From Eledone cirrhosa (taxonomy: Eukaryota), in contig OZ024740.1 in assembly GCA_964016885.1 (NCBI GenBank), positions 106,392,001-106,456,000 of the forward strand: DNA of 64,000 nucleotides, given 5' to 3'. Below, one piece after another: positions 1 through 15,000 of the stretch (position 1 is the stretch's first letter; the number at the start of each line of letters is the position of its first letter). Position numbers and translations under genes: made by a program. The notes under the pieces are model-generated. The model searched no databases. It saw only the letters and a program-made list of their open reading frames with translations, and had not been told where the DNA came from.

Positions 1-3000
1 GGCAGTGGTTTATAAAGTCACTCCTGCTAAATAAAAACTAACATCATGTCCAAGGTAGTGGTTTATAAGGTCAATCCTGCTAAATAACAACTCCCATCAT
101 GTCCAAGGCAGTGGTTTATAAAATCTCTCTTGCTAAATAACAACTACCATCATGTTCAAGGTAGTGGTTTATAAGGTCAATCCTGCTAAATAACAACTAC
201 CATCATGTCCAAGGCAGTGGTTTATAAAGTCACGCCTGCTAAATAACAACTACCATCATGTCCAAGGCAGTGGTTTATAAGGTCACTCCTGCTAAATAAC
301 AACTACCATCATGCCCAAGGTAGTGGTTTATAAAGTCACTCCTGCTAAATAACAACTACCATCATGTCCAAGGTAGTGGTTTATAAAGTCACTCCCGCTA
401 AATAACAACTACCATCTTATCCAAGGTAGTGGTTTATAAGGTTACTTCTGCTAAATAACGACTACCATCATGTCCAAGTTAGTGGTTTATAAGATCACTC
501 CTGCTAAATAACAACTACCATCATGTCCAAGGCAGTGGTTTATAAAGTCACTCCTGCTAAATAACAACTACCATCATGTCCAAGGTAGTGGTTTATAAGG
601 TCACTCATGCTAAATAACAACTACCATCATGTCCAAGGTAGTGGTTTATAAGGTCACTCCTGCTAAATAACAACTACCATCATGTCCAAGGCAGTGTTTT
701 ATAAGGTCACTCCTGCTAAATAACAACTACAATCATGCCCAAGGTAGTGGTTTATAAAGTCACTTCTGCTAAATAACAACTACCATCATGTCCAAGGCAG
801 TGGTTTATAAGGTCACTCCTGCTAAATAACAACTACCATGATGTCCAAGGCAGTGGTTTATAAGGTCACTCCTGCTAAATAACAACTACCATCATGCCCA
901 AGGTAGTGGTTTGTAAAGTCACTCCTGCTAAATAACAACTACCATCATGTCCAAGGTAGTGGTTTATAAAGTCACTCCCGCTAAATAACAACTACCATCT
1001 TGTCCAAGGTAGTGGTTTATAAGGTTACTCCTGCTAAATAACGACTACCATCATGTCCAAGATAGTGCTTTATAAGGTCACTCCTGCTAAATAACAACTA
1101 CCATCATGTCCAAGGCAGTGTTTTATAAGGTCACTCCTGCTAAATAACAACTACCATCATGTCCAAGGCAGTTGTTTATAAGGTCACTCCTGCTAAATAA
1201 CAACTACCAGTATGTCCAAGGCAGTCGTTTATAAGGTCACTCCTGCTAAATAACAACTACCATCATGTCCAAGTTAGTGGTTTATAAGATCACTCCTGCA
1301 AAATAACAACTACCATCATGTCCAAGGCAGTGGATTATAAAGTCACTCCTGCTAAATAACAACTACCATCATGTCCAAGGTAGTGGTTTATAAGGTCACT
1401 CCTGCTAAATAACAACTACCATCTTGTCCAAGGTAGTGGTTTATAAAGTCACTCCCGCTAAATAACAACTACCATCTTGTCCAAGGTAGTGGTTTATAAG
1501 GTTACTCCTGCTAAATAACGACTACCATCATGTCCAAGGTAGTGGTTTATAAGATCACTCCTGCTAAATAACAACTACCATCATGTCCAAGGCAGTGTTT
1601 TATAAGGTCACTCCTGCTAAATAACAACTACCATCATGTCCAAGGCATTGGTTTATAAAGTCACTCCTGCTAAATAACAACTACCATCATGTCCAAAGTA
1701 GTGGTTTATAAGGTCACTCCTGCTAAATAACAATTACCATCATGTCCAAGGTAGTGGTTTATAAGGTCACACCTGCTAAGTAACAACTACCATCATGTCC
1801 AAGGCAATGTTTTATAAGGTCACTCCTGCTAAATAACAACTACCATGATGTCCAAGCCAGTGGTTTATAAGGTAACTCCTGCTAAATTACAACTACCAGT
1901 ATGTCCAAGGCAGTGGTTTATAAGGTCACTCCTGCTAAATAAAAACTACCAGTATAACCAAGGCAGTGGTTTATAAGGTCACTCCTGCTAAATAACAACT
2001 ACCATCATGTCCAAGGCAGTGGTTTATAAAGTCACTCCTGCTAAATAACAATTACCATCTTGTCCAAGGTAGTGGTTTATAAGGTCACTCCTGCTAAATA
2101 ACAACTACCATCATGTCCAAGGTAGTGGTTTATAAAGTCACGCCTACTAAATAACAACTACCATCATGTCCAAGGCAGTGGTTTATAAAGTCTCTCTTGC
2201 TAAATAACAACTACCATCATGTCCAAGGTAGTGGTTTATAAGGTCAATCCTGCTAAATAACAACTACCATCATGTCCAAGGTAGTGGTTTATAAGATCAC
2301 TCCTGCTAAATAACAACTACCATCATGTCCAAGGCAGTTGTTTATAAAGTCACTCCTGCTAAATAAAAACTACCATCATGTCCAAGGTAGTGGTTTATAA
2401 GGTCAATCCTGCTAAATAACAACTACCATCATGTCCAAGGCAGTGGCTTATAAAGTCACTCCCGCTAAATAACAACTACCATCTTATCCAAGGTAGTGGT
2501 TTATAAGGTTACTTCTGCTAAATAACGACTACCATCATGTCCAGGGTAGAGGTTTATAAGGTCACTCCTGCTAAATAACAACTACCATCATGCCCAACGT
2601 AGTGGTTTATAAAGTCACTCCTGCTAAATAACAACTACCATCATGTCCCAGGTAGTGGTTTTTAAAGTCACTCCCGCTAAATAACAACTACCATCATGTC
2701 CAAGGTAGTGGTTTATAAGGTCAATCCTGCTAAATAACAACTGCCATCATGTCCAAGTTAGTGGTTTATAAGATCACTCCTGCTAAATAACAACTACCAT
2801 CATGTCCAAGGCAGTGGTTTATAAAGTCACTCCTGCTAAATAACAACTACCATCATGTCCAAGGTAGTGGTTTATAAGGTCACTCCTGCTAAATAACAAC
2901 TACCATCATGTCCAAGGTAGTGGTTTATAAGGTCACTCCTGCTAAATAACAACTACCATCATGTCCAAGGCAGTGTTTTATAAGGTCACTCCTGCTAAAT

Positions 3001-6000
3001 AACAACTACAATCATGCCCAAGGTAGTGGTTTATAAAGTCATTTCTGCTAAATAACAACTACCATCATGCCCAAGGTAGTGGTTTGTAAAGTCACTCCTG
3101 CTAAATAACAACTACCATCATGTCCAAGGTAGTGGTTTATAAAGTCACTCCCGCTAAATAACAACTACCATCTTGTCCAAGGTAGTGGTTTATAAGGTTA
3201 CTCCTGCTAAATAACGACTACCATCATGTCCAAGATAGTGCTTTATAAGGTCACTCCTGCTAAATAACAACTACCATCATGTCCAAGGTAGTGGTTTATA
3301 AGGTCACTCCTGCTAAATAACAACTACCATCATGTCCAAGGCAGTGTTTTATAAGGTCACTCCTGCTAAATAACAACTACCATCATGTCCAAGGCAGTTG
3401 TTTATAAGGTCACTCCTGCTAAATAACAACTACCAGTATGTCCAAGGCAGTCGTTTATAAGGTCACTCCTGCTAAATAACAACTACCATCATGTCCAAGT
3501 TAGTGGTTTATAAGATCACTCCTGCAAAATAACAACTACCATCATGTCCAAGGCAGTGGATTATAAAGTCACTCCTGCTAAATAACGACTACCATCATGT
3601 CCAAGGTAGTGGTTTATAAGGTCACTCCTGCTAAATAACAACTAGCATCTTGTCCAAGGTAGTGGTTTATAAAGTCACTCCCGCTAAATAACAACTACCA
3701 TCTGGTTCAAGGTAGTGGTTTATAAGGTTACTCCTGCTAAATAACGACTACCATCATGTCCAAGGTAGTGGTTTATAAGATCACTCCTGCTAAATAACAA
3801 CTACCATCATGTGCAAGGCAGTGTTTTATAAGGTCACTCCTGCTAAATAACAACTACCATCATGTCCAAGGCAGTGGTTTATAAGGTCACTCCTGCTAAA
3901 TAACAACTACCAGTATGTCCAAGGCAGTCGTTTATAAGGTCACTCCTGCTAAATAACAACTACCATCATGTCCAAGGCAGTGGTTTATAAAGTCACTCCT
4001 GCTAAATAACAACTACCATCATGTCCAAAGTAGTGGTTTATAAGGTCACTCCTGCTAAATAACAATTACCATCATGTCCAAGGTAGTGGTTTATAAGGTC
4101 ACACCTGCTAAGTAACAACTACCATCATGTCCAAGGCAATGTTTTATAAGGTCACTCCTGCTAAATAACAACTACCATGATGTCCAAGCCAGTGGTTTAT
4201 AAGGTCACTCCTGCTAAATTACAACTACCAGTATGTCCAAGGCAGTGGTTTATAAGGTCACTCCTGCTAAATAAAAACTACCAGTATATCCAAGGCAGTG
4301 GTTTATAAGGTCACTCCTGCTAAATAACAACTACCTTCATGTCCAAGGCAGTGGTTTATAAAGTCACTCCTGCTAAATAAAAATTACCATCTTGTCCAAG
4401 GTAGTGGTTTATAAGGTCACTCCTGCTAAATAACAACTACCATCATGTCCAAGGTAGTGGTTTATAAAGTCACGCCTACTAAATAACAACTACCATCATG
4501 TCCAAGCCAGTGGTTTATAAAGTCTCTCTTGCTAAATAACAACTACCATCATGTCCAAGGTAGTGGTTTATAAGGTCAATCCTGCTAAATAACAACTACC
4601 ATCATGTCCAAGGTAGTGGTTTATAAGATCACTCCTGCTAAATAACAACTACCATCATGTCCAAGGCAGTGGTTTATAAAGTCACTCCCGCTAAATAACA
4701 ACTACCATCATGTCCAAGGTAGTGGTTTATAAGGTCAATCCTGCTAAATAACAACTGCCATCATGTCCAAGTTAGTGGTTTATAAGATCACTCCTGCTAA
4801 ATAACAACTACCATCATGTCCAAGGCAGTGGTTTATAAAGTCACTCCTGCTAAATAACAACTACCATCATGTCCAAGGTAGTGGTTTATAAGGTCACTCC
4901 TGCTAAATAACAACTACCATCATGTCCAAGGTAGTGGTTTATAAGGTCACTCCTGCTAAATAACAACTACCATCATGTCCAAGGCAGTGTTTTATAAGGT
5001 CACTCCTGCTAAATAACAACTACAATCATGCCCAAGGTATTGGTTTATAAGGTCACTTCTGCTAAATAACAACTACCATCATGTCCAAGGCAGTGGTTTA
5101 TAAGGTCACTCCTGCTAAATAACAACTACCATCATGTCCAAGGCAGTGGTTTATAAGGTCACTCCTGCTAAATAACAACTACCATCATGCCCAAGGTAGT
5201 GGTTTGTAAAGTCACTCCTGCTAAATAACAACTACCATCATGTCCAAGGTAGTGGTTTATAAAGTCACTCCCGCTAAATAACAACTACCATCTTGTCCAA
5301 GGTAGTGGTTTATAAGATCACTCCTGCTAAATAACAACTACCATCATGTGCAAGGCAGTGTTTTATAAGGTCACTCCTGCTAAATAACAACTACCATCAT
5401 GTCCAAGGCAGTGGTTTATAAGGTCACTCCTGCTAAATAACAACTACCATCATGTCCAAGGCAGTGGTTTATAAAGTCACTCCTGCTAAATAACAACTAC
5501 CATCATGTCCAAGGTAGTGGTTTATAAGGTCAATCCTGCTAAATAACAACTACCATCATGTCCAAGGCAGTGGTTTATAAAGTCTCTCTTGCTAAATAAC
5601 AACTACCATCATGTCCAAGGTAGTGGTTTATAAGGTCAATCCTGCTAAATAACAACTACCATCATGTCCAAGGCAGTGGTTTATAAAGTCACTCCTGCTA
5701 AATAACAACTACCATCATGTCCAAGGCAGTGGTTTATAAGGTCACTCCTGCTAAATAACAACTACCATCATGCCCAAGGTAGTGGTTTATAAAGTCACTC
5801 CTGCTAAATAACAACTACCATCATGTCCAAGGTAGTGGTTTATAAAGTCACTCCCGCTAAATAACAACTACCATCTTATCCAAGGTAGTGGTTTATAAGG
5901 TTACTTCTGCTAAATAACGACTACCATCATGTCCAAGGTAGAGGTTTATAAGGTCACTCCTGCTAAATAACAACTACCATCATGCCCAAGGTAGTGGTTT

Positions 6001-9000
6001 ATAAAGTCACTCCTGCTAAATAACAACTACCATCATGTCCCAGGTAGTAGTTTTTAAAGTCACTCCCGCTAAATAACAACTACCATCATGTCCAAGGCAG
6101 TGGTTTATAAAGTCTCTCTTGCTAAATAACAACTACCATCATGTCCAAGGTAGTGGTTTATAAGGTCAATCCTGCTAAATAACAACTGCCATCTTGTCCA
6201 AGGTAGTGGTTTATAAGGTTACTCCTGCTAAATAACGACTACCATCATGTCCAAGATAGTGCTTTATAAGGTCACTCCTGCTAAATAACAACTACCATCA
6301 TGTCCAAGGCAGTGTTTTATAAGGTCACTCCTGCTAAATAACAACTACCATCATGTCCAAGGCAGTTGTTTATAAGGTCACTCCTGCTAAATAACAACTA
6401 CCAGTATGTCCAAGGCAGTCGTTTATAAGGTCACTCCTGCTAAATAACAACTACCATCATGTCCAAGTTAGTGGTTTATAAGATCACTCCTGCAAAATAA
6501 CAACTACCATCATGTCCAAGGCAGTGGATTATAAAGTCACTCCTGCTAAATAACAACTACCATCATGTCCAAGGTAGTGGTTTATAAGGTCACTCCTGCT
6601 AAATAACAACTACCATCTTGTCCAAGGTAGTGGTTTATAAAGTCACTCCCGCTAAATAACAACTACCATCTTGTCCAAGGTAGTGGTTTATAAGGTTACT
6701 CCTGCTAAATAACGACTACCATCATGTCCAAGGTAGTGGTTTATAAGATCACTCCTGCTAAATAACAACTACCATCATGTGCAAGGCAGTGTTTTATAAG
6801 GTCACTCCTGCTAAATAACAACTACCATCATGTCCAAGGCAGTGGTTTATAAGGTCACTCCTGCTAAATAACAACTACCAGTATGTCCAAGGCAGTCGTT
6901 TATAAGGTCACTCCTGCTAAATAACAACTACCATCATGTCCAAGGCAGTGGTTTATAAAGTCACTCCTGCTAAATAACAACTACCATCATGTCCAAAGTA
7001 GTGGTTTATAAGGTCACTCCTGCTAAATAACAATTACCATCATGTCCAAGGTAGTGGTTTATAAGGTCACACCTGCTAAGTAACAACTACCATCATGTCC
7101 AAGGCAATGTTTTATAAGGTCACTCCTGCTAAATAACAACTACCATGATGTCCAAGCCAGTGGTTTATAATGTCACTCCTGCTAAATTACAACTACCAGT
7201 ATGTCCAAGGCAGTGGTTTATAAGGTCACTCCTGCTAAATAAAAACTACCAGTATATCCAAGGCAGTGGTTTATAAGGTCACTCCTGCTAAATAACAACT
7301 ACCATCATGTCCAAGGCAGTGGTTTATAAAGTCACTCCTGCTAAATAACAATTACCATCTTGTCCAAGGTAGTGGTTTATAAGGTCACTCCTGCTAAATA
7401 ACAACTACCATCATGTCCAAGGTAGTGGTTTATAAGGTCAATCCTGCTAAATAACAACTACCATCATGTCCAAGGTAGTGGTTTATAAGATCACTCCTGC
7501 TAAATAACAACTACCATCATGTCCAAGGCAGTGGTTTATAAAGTCACTCCTGCTAAATAACAACTACCATCATGTCCAAGGTAGTGGTTTATAAGGTCAA
7601 TCCTGCTAAATAACAACTGCCATCATGTCCAAGTTAGTGGTTTATAAGATCACTCCTGCTAAATAACAACTACCATCATGTCCAAGGTAGTGGTTTATAA
7701 GGTCACTCCTGCTAAATAACAACTACCATCATGTCCAAGGTAGTGGTTTATAAGGTCACTCCTGCTAAATAACAACTATCATCATGTCCAAGGCAGTGTT
7801 TTATAAGGTCACTCCTGCTAAATAACAACTACAATCATGCCCAAGGTAGTGGTTTATAAAGTCACTTCTGCTAAATAACAACTACCATCATGTCCAAGGC
7901 AGTGGTTTATAAGGTCACTCCTGCTAAATAACAACTACCATCATGTCCAAGGCAGTGGTTTATAAGGTCACTCCTGCTAAATAACAACTACCATCATGCC
8001 CAAGGTAGTGGTTTGTAAAGTCACTCCTGCTAAATAACAACTACCATCATGTCCAAGGTAGTGGTTTATAAAGTCACTCCCGCTAAATAACAACTACCAT
8101 CTTGTCCAAGGTAGTGGTTTATAAGGTCACTCCTGCTAAATAACAACTACCATCATGTCCAAGGTAGTGGTTTATAAGGTCACTCCTGCTAAATAACAAC
8201 TATCATCATGTCCAAGGCAGTGTTTTATAAGGTCACTCCTGCTAAATAACAACTACAATCATGCCCAAGGTAGTGGTTTATAAAGTCACTTCTGCTAAAT
8301 AACAACTACCATCATGTCCAAGGCAGTGGTTTATAAGGTCACTCCTGCTAAATAACAACTACCATCATGTCCAAGGCAGTGGTTTATAAGGTCACTCCTG
8401 CTAAATAACAACTACCATCATGCCCAAGGTAGTGGTTTGTAAAGTCACTCCTGCTAAATAACAACTACCATCATGTCCAAGGTAGTGGTTTATAAAGTCA
8501 CTCCCGCTAAATAACAACTACCATCTTGTCCAAGGTAGTGGTTTATAAGGTTACTCCTGCTAAATAACGACTACCATCATGTCCAAGATAGTGTTTTATA
8601 AGGTCACTCCTGCTAAATAACTACTACCATCATGTCCAAGGCAGTGTTTTATAAGGTCACTCCTGCTAAATAACAACTACCATCATGTCCAAGGCAGTTG
8701 TTTATAAGGTCACTCCTGCTAAATAACAACTACCAATATGTCCAAGGCAGTCGTTTATAAGGTCACTCCTGCTAAATAACAACTACCATCATGTCCAAGT
8801 TAGTGGTTTATAAGATCACTCCTGCAAAATAACAACTACCATCATGTCCAAGGCAATGGATTATAAAGTCACTCCTGCTAAATAACAACTACCATCATGT
8901 CCAAGGTAGTGGTTTATAAGGTCACTCCTGCTAAATAACAACTACCATCATGTCCAAGGTAGTCGTTTATAAGGTCACTCCTGCTAAATAACAACTACCA

Positions 9001-12000
9001 TCATGTCCAAGGCAATGTTTTATAAGGTCACTCCTGCTAAATAACAACTACCATGATGTCCAAGGCAGTGGTTTATAAGGTCACTCCTGCTAAATAAAAA
9101 CTACCAGTATGTCCAAGGCAGTGGTTTATAAGGTCACTCCTGCTAAATAACAACTACCAGTATGTCCAAGGCAGTGGTTTATAAAGTCACTCCTGCTAAA
9201 TAACAACTACCATCATGTCCAAGGTAGTGGTTTATAAAGTCACTCCTGCTAAATAACAATTACCATCTTGTCCAAGGTAGTGGTTTATAAGGTCACTCCT
9301 GCTAAATAACAACTACCATCATGTCCAAGGCAGTGGTTTATAAAGTCACTCTTGCTAAATAACAACTACCATCATGTCCAAGGTAGTGGTTTATTAGGTC
9401 AATCCTGCTAAATAACAACTACCATCATGTCCAAGGTAGTGGTTTATAAGATCACTCCTGCTAAATAACAATTACCATCATGTCCAAGGCAGTGGTTTAT
9501 AAAGTCACTCCTGCTAAATAACAACTACCATCATGTCCAAGGTAGTGGTTTATAAGGTCACTCCTGCTAAATAACAACTACCAGTATGTCCAAGGCAGTC
9601 GTTTATAAGGTCACTCCTGCTAAATAACAACTACCATCATGTCCAAGGCAGTGGTTTATAAAGTCACTCCTGCTAAATAACAACTACCATCATGTCCAAA
9701 GTAGTGGTTTATAAGGTCACTATTGCTAAATAACAATTACCATCATGTCCAAGGTAGTGGTTTATAAGGTCACACCTGCTAAGTAACAACTACCATCATG
9801 TCCAAGGCAATGTTTTATAAGGTCACTCCTGCTAAATAACAACTACCATGATGTCCAAGCCAGTGGTTTATAATGTCACTCCTGCTAAATTACAACTACC
9901 AGTATGTCCAAGGCAGTGGTTTATAAGGTCACTCCTGCTAAATAAAAACTACCAGTATATCCAAGGCAGTGGTTTATAAGGTCACTCCTGCTAAATAACA
10001 ACTACCATCATGTCCAAGGCAGTGGTTTATAAAGTCACTCCTGCTAAATAACAATTACCATCTTGTCCAAGGTAGTGGTTTATAAGGTCACTCCTGCTAA
10101 ATAACAACTACCATCATGTCCAAGGTAGTGGTTTATAAGGTCAATCCTGCTAAATAACAACTACCATCATGTCCAAGGTAGTGGTTTATAAGATCACTCC
10201 TGCTAAATAACAACTACCATCATGTCCAAGGCAGTGGTTTATAAAGTCACTCCTGCTAAATAACAACTACCATCATGTCCAAGGTAGTGGTTTATAAGGT
10301 CAATCCTGCTAAATAACAACTGCCATCATGTCCAAGTTAGTGGTTTATAAGATCACTCCTGCTAAATAACAACTACCATCATGTCCAAGGTAGTGGTTTA
10401 TAAGGTCACTCCTGCTAAATAACAACTACCATCATGTCCAAGGTAGTGGTTTATAAGGTCACTCCTGCTAAATAACAACTATCATCATGTCCAAGGCAGT
10501 GTTTTATAAGGTCACTCCTGCTAAATAACAACTACAATCATGCCCAAGGTAGTGGTTTATAAAGTCACTTCTGCTAAATAACAACTACCATCATGTCCAA
10601 GGCAGTGGTTTATAAGGTCACTCCTGCTAAATAACAACGACCATCATGTCCAAGGCAGTGGTTTATAAGGTCACTCCTGCTAAATAACAACTACCATCAT
10701 GCCCAAGGTAGTGGTTTGTAAAGTCACTCCTGCTAAATAACAACTACCATCATGTCCAAGGTAGTGGTTTATAAAGTCACTCCCGCTAAATAACAACTAC
10801 CATCTTGTCCAAGGTAGTGGTTTATAAGGTCACTCCTGCTAAATAACAACTACCATCATGTCCAAGGTAGTGGTTTATAAGGTCACTCCTGCTAAATAAC
10901 AACTATCATCATGTCCAAGGCAGTGTTTTATAAGGTCACTCCTGCTAAATAACAACTACAATCATGCCCAAGGTAGTGGTTTATAAAGTCACTTCTGCTA
11001 AATAACAACTACCATCATGTCCAAGGCAGTGGTTTATAAGGTCACTCCTGCTAAATAACAACTACCATCATGTCCAAGGCAGTGGTTTATAAGGTCACTC
11101 CTGCTAAATAACAACTACCATCATGCCCAAGGTAGTGGTTTGTAAAGTCACTCCTGCTAAATAACAACTACCATCATGTCCAAGGTAGTGGTTTATAAAG
11201 TCACTCCCGCTAAATAACAACTACCATCTTGTCCAAGGTAGTGGTTTATAAGGTTACTCCTGCTAAATAACGACTACCATCATGTCCAAGATAGTGTTTT
11301 ATAAGGTCACTCCTGCTAAATAACTACTACCATCATGTCCAAGGCAGTGTTTTATAAGGTCACTCCTGCTAAATAACAACTACCATCATGTCCAAGGCAG
11401 TTGTTTATAAGGTCACTCCTGCTAAATAACAACTACCAATATGTCCAAGGCAGTCGTTTATAAGGTCACTCCTGCTAAATAACAACTACCATCATGTCCA
11501 AGTTAGTGGTTTATAAGATCACTCCTGCAAAATAACAACTACCATCATGTCCAAGGCAATGGATTATAAAGTCACTCCTGCTAAATAACAACTACCATCA
11601 TGTCCAAGGTAGTGGTTTATAAGGTCACTCCTGCTAAATAACAACTACCATCATGTCCAAGGTAGTCGTTTATAAGGTCACTCCTGCTAAATAACAACTA
11701 CCATCATGTCCAAGGCAATGTTTTATAAGGTCACTCCTGCTAAATAACAACTACCATGATGTCCAAGGCAGTGGTTTATAAGGTCACTCCTGCTAAATAA
11801 AAACTACCAGTATGTCCAAGGCAGTGGTTTATAAGGTCACTCCTGCTAAATAACAACTACCAGTATGTCCAAGGCAGTGGTTTATAAAGTCACTCCTGCT
11901 AAATAACAACTACCATCATGTCCAAGGTAGTGGTTTATAAAGTCACTCCTGCTAAATAACAATTACCATCTTGTCCAAGGTAGTGGTTTATAAGGTCACT

Positions 12001-15000
12001 CCTGCTAAATAACAACTACCATCATGTCCAAGGCAGTGGTTTATAAAGTCACTCTTGCTAAATAACAACTACCATCATGTCCAAGGTAGTGGTTTATTAG
12101 GTCAATCCCGCTAAATAACAACTACCATCATGTCCAAGGTAGTGGTTTATAAGATCACTCCTGCTAAATAACAATTACCATCATGTCCAAGGCAGTGGTT
12201 TATAAAGTCACTCCTGCTAAATAACAACTACCATCATGTCCAAGGTAGTGGTTTATAAGGTCACTCCTGCTAAATAACAACTACCATCATGTCCAAGGCA
12301 GTGGTTTATAAGGTCAATCCTGCTAAATAACAACTACCATCATGTCCAAGGTAGTGGTTTATAAGGTCACTCCTGCTAAATAACAACTACCATCATGTCC
12401 AAGGTAGTTGTTTATAAGTTCACTCCTCCTAAATAACAACTACCATCATGTCCAAGGCTCTGGTTTATAAAGTCACTCCTGCTAAATAACAACTACCATC
12501 ATGTCCAAGGTAGTGGTTTATAAGGTCACTCCTGCTAAATAACAACTACCATCATGTCCAAGGTAGTGGTTTATAAGGTCACTCCTGCTAAATAACAACT
12601 ATCATCATGCCCAAGGTAGTGGTTTATAAGGTCACTCCTGCTAAATAACAACTACCATCATGTCCAAGGCAGTGGTTTATAAGGTCACTCCTGCTAAATA
12701 ACAACTACCATCATGTCCAAGGCAGTGGTTTATAAGGTCACTCCTGCTAAATAACAACTACCAGTATGTCCAAGGCAGTGGTTTGTAAGGTCACTCCTAC
12801 TAAATAACAACTACCATCATGTCCAAGGCAGTGTTTTATAAAGTCACTCCTGCTAAATAACAACTACCATCATGTCCAAGGCAGTGGTTTTTAAGGTCAC
12901 TCCTGCTAAATAACAACTACCAGTATGTGCAAGGCAGTGGTTTATAAGGTCACTCCTGCTAAATAACAACTACCATCATGTCCAAGGCAGTGGTTTATAA
13001 AGTGACTCCTGCTAAATAACAACTACCATCATGTCCAAGTTAGTGGTTTATAAGGTCACTCCTGCTAAATAACAACTACCATCATGTCCAAGGCAGTGGT
13101 TTATAAAGTCACCCCTGCTAAAAAACAACTACCATCATGTCCAAGGCAGTGGTTTATAAAGTCACTTCTGCTAAATAACAACTACCATCATGTCCAAGGT
13201 AGTGATTTATAAAGTCACTCCTGCTAAATAACAACTACCATCATGTCCAAGGTAGTGGTTTATAAGGTCACTCCTGCTAAATAACAACCACCATCATGTC
13301 CAAGGCAGTGGTTTATAAGGTCACTCCTGCTAAATAACAACTACCATCATGTCCAAGGCAGTGGTTTATCAAGTCTCTCCTGCTAAATAACAACTACCAT
13401 CATGTCCAAGGCAGAGGTTTATAAGGTCACTCCTGCTAAATAACAACTACCATCATGTCCAAGTCAGTGGTTTATAAAGTCACTCCTGCTAAATAACAAC
13501 TACCATCATGTCCAAGGCAGTGGTTTATAAAGTCACTTCTGCTAAATAACAACTACCATCATGTCCAAGGTAGTGGTTTATAAGGTCACTCCTGCTAAAT
13601 AACAACCACCATCATGTCCAAGGCAGTGGTTTATAAGGTCACTCCTGCTAAATAACAACTAACATCATTCCCAAGGTAGTGGATTATAAAGTCACTCCTG
13701 CTAAATAACAACTACCATCAACTCCAACGCAGTGGTTTATAAAGTCACTTCTGCTAAATAACAACTACCATCATGTCCAAGGCAGTGATTCATAAAGTCA
13801 CTCCTGCTAAATAACAACTACCATCATGTCCAAGGTAGTGGTTTATAAAGTCACACCTGCTAAATAACAACTACCATCATGTCCAACGCAGTGGTTTATA
13901 AAGTCACTCCTGCTAAATAACAACTACCATCATGTCCAAGGCAGTGATTTATAAAGTCGCTCCTGCTAAATAACAACTACCATCATGTCCAAGGCAGTGG
14001 TTTATAAAGTCACTCCTGCTAAATAACAACTACGATCATGTCCAAGGCAGTGGTTTATAAAGTCACTCCTGCTAAATAAAAACTACCATCATGTCCAAGG
14101 TAGTGGTTTATAAAGTCACTCCTGCTAAATAACAACTACCATCATGTCCAAGGTAGTGGTTTATAAGGTCACTCCTGCTAAATAACAACTACCATCATGT
14201 CCAAGGCAGTGGTTTATAAGGTCACTCCTGCTAAATAACAACTACCATCATGTCCAAGGCAGTGGTTTATAAGGTCACTCCTGCTATATAATAACTACCA
14301 GTATGTGCAAGGCAGTGTTTTATAAAGTCATTCCTGCTAAATAACAACTACCATCATGTCCAAGGCAGTGGTTTTTAAGGTCACTCCTGCTAAATAATAA
14401 CTACCAGTATGTTCAAGGCAGTGGTTTATAAGGTCACCCCTGCTAAATAACAACTACCATCATGTCCAAGGTAGTGGTTTATAAGGTCACTCCTGCTAAA
14501 TAACAACTACCATCATGTCCAAGGTAGTGGTTTATAAGGTCACTCCTGCTAAATAACAACTACCAGTATGTCCAAGGCAGTGGTTTTTAAGGTCACTCCT
14601 GCTAAATAATAACTACCAGTATGTGCAAGGCAGTGGTTTATAAGGTCACTCCTGCTAAATAACAACTACCATCATGTCCAAGGTAGTGGTTTATAAGGTC
14701 ACTCCTTCTAAATAACAACTACCAGTATGTCCAAGGCAGTGGTTTATAAGGTCACTCCTACTAAATAACAACTACCATCATGTCCAAGGCAGTGTTTTAT
14801 AAAGTCACTCCTGCTAAATAACAACTACCATCATGTCCAAGGCAGTGGTTTATAAAGTCACTCCTGCTAAATAACAACTACCATCATGTCCAAGGCAGTG
14901 GTTTATAAAGTCACTCTTGCTAAATAACAACTACCATCATTTCCAAGGCAGTGGTTTATAAGGTCACTCCTGCTAAATAACAACTACCATCATGTCCAAT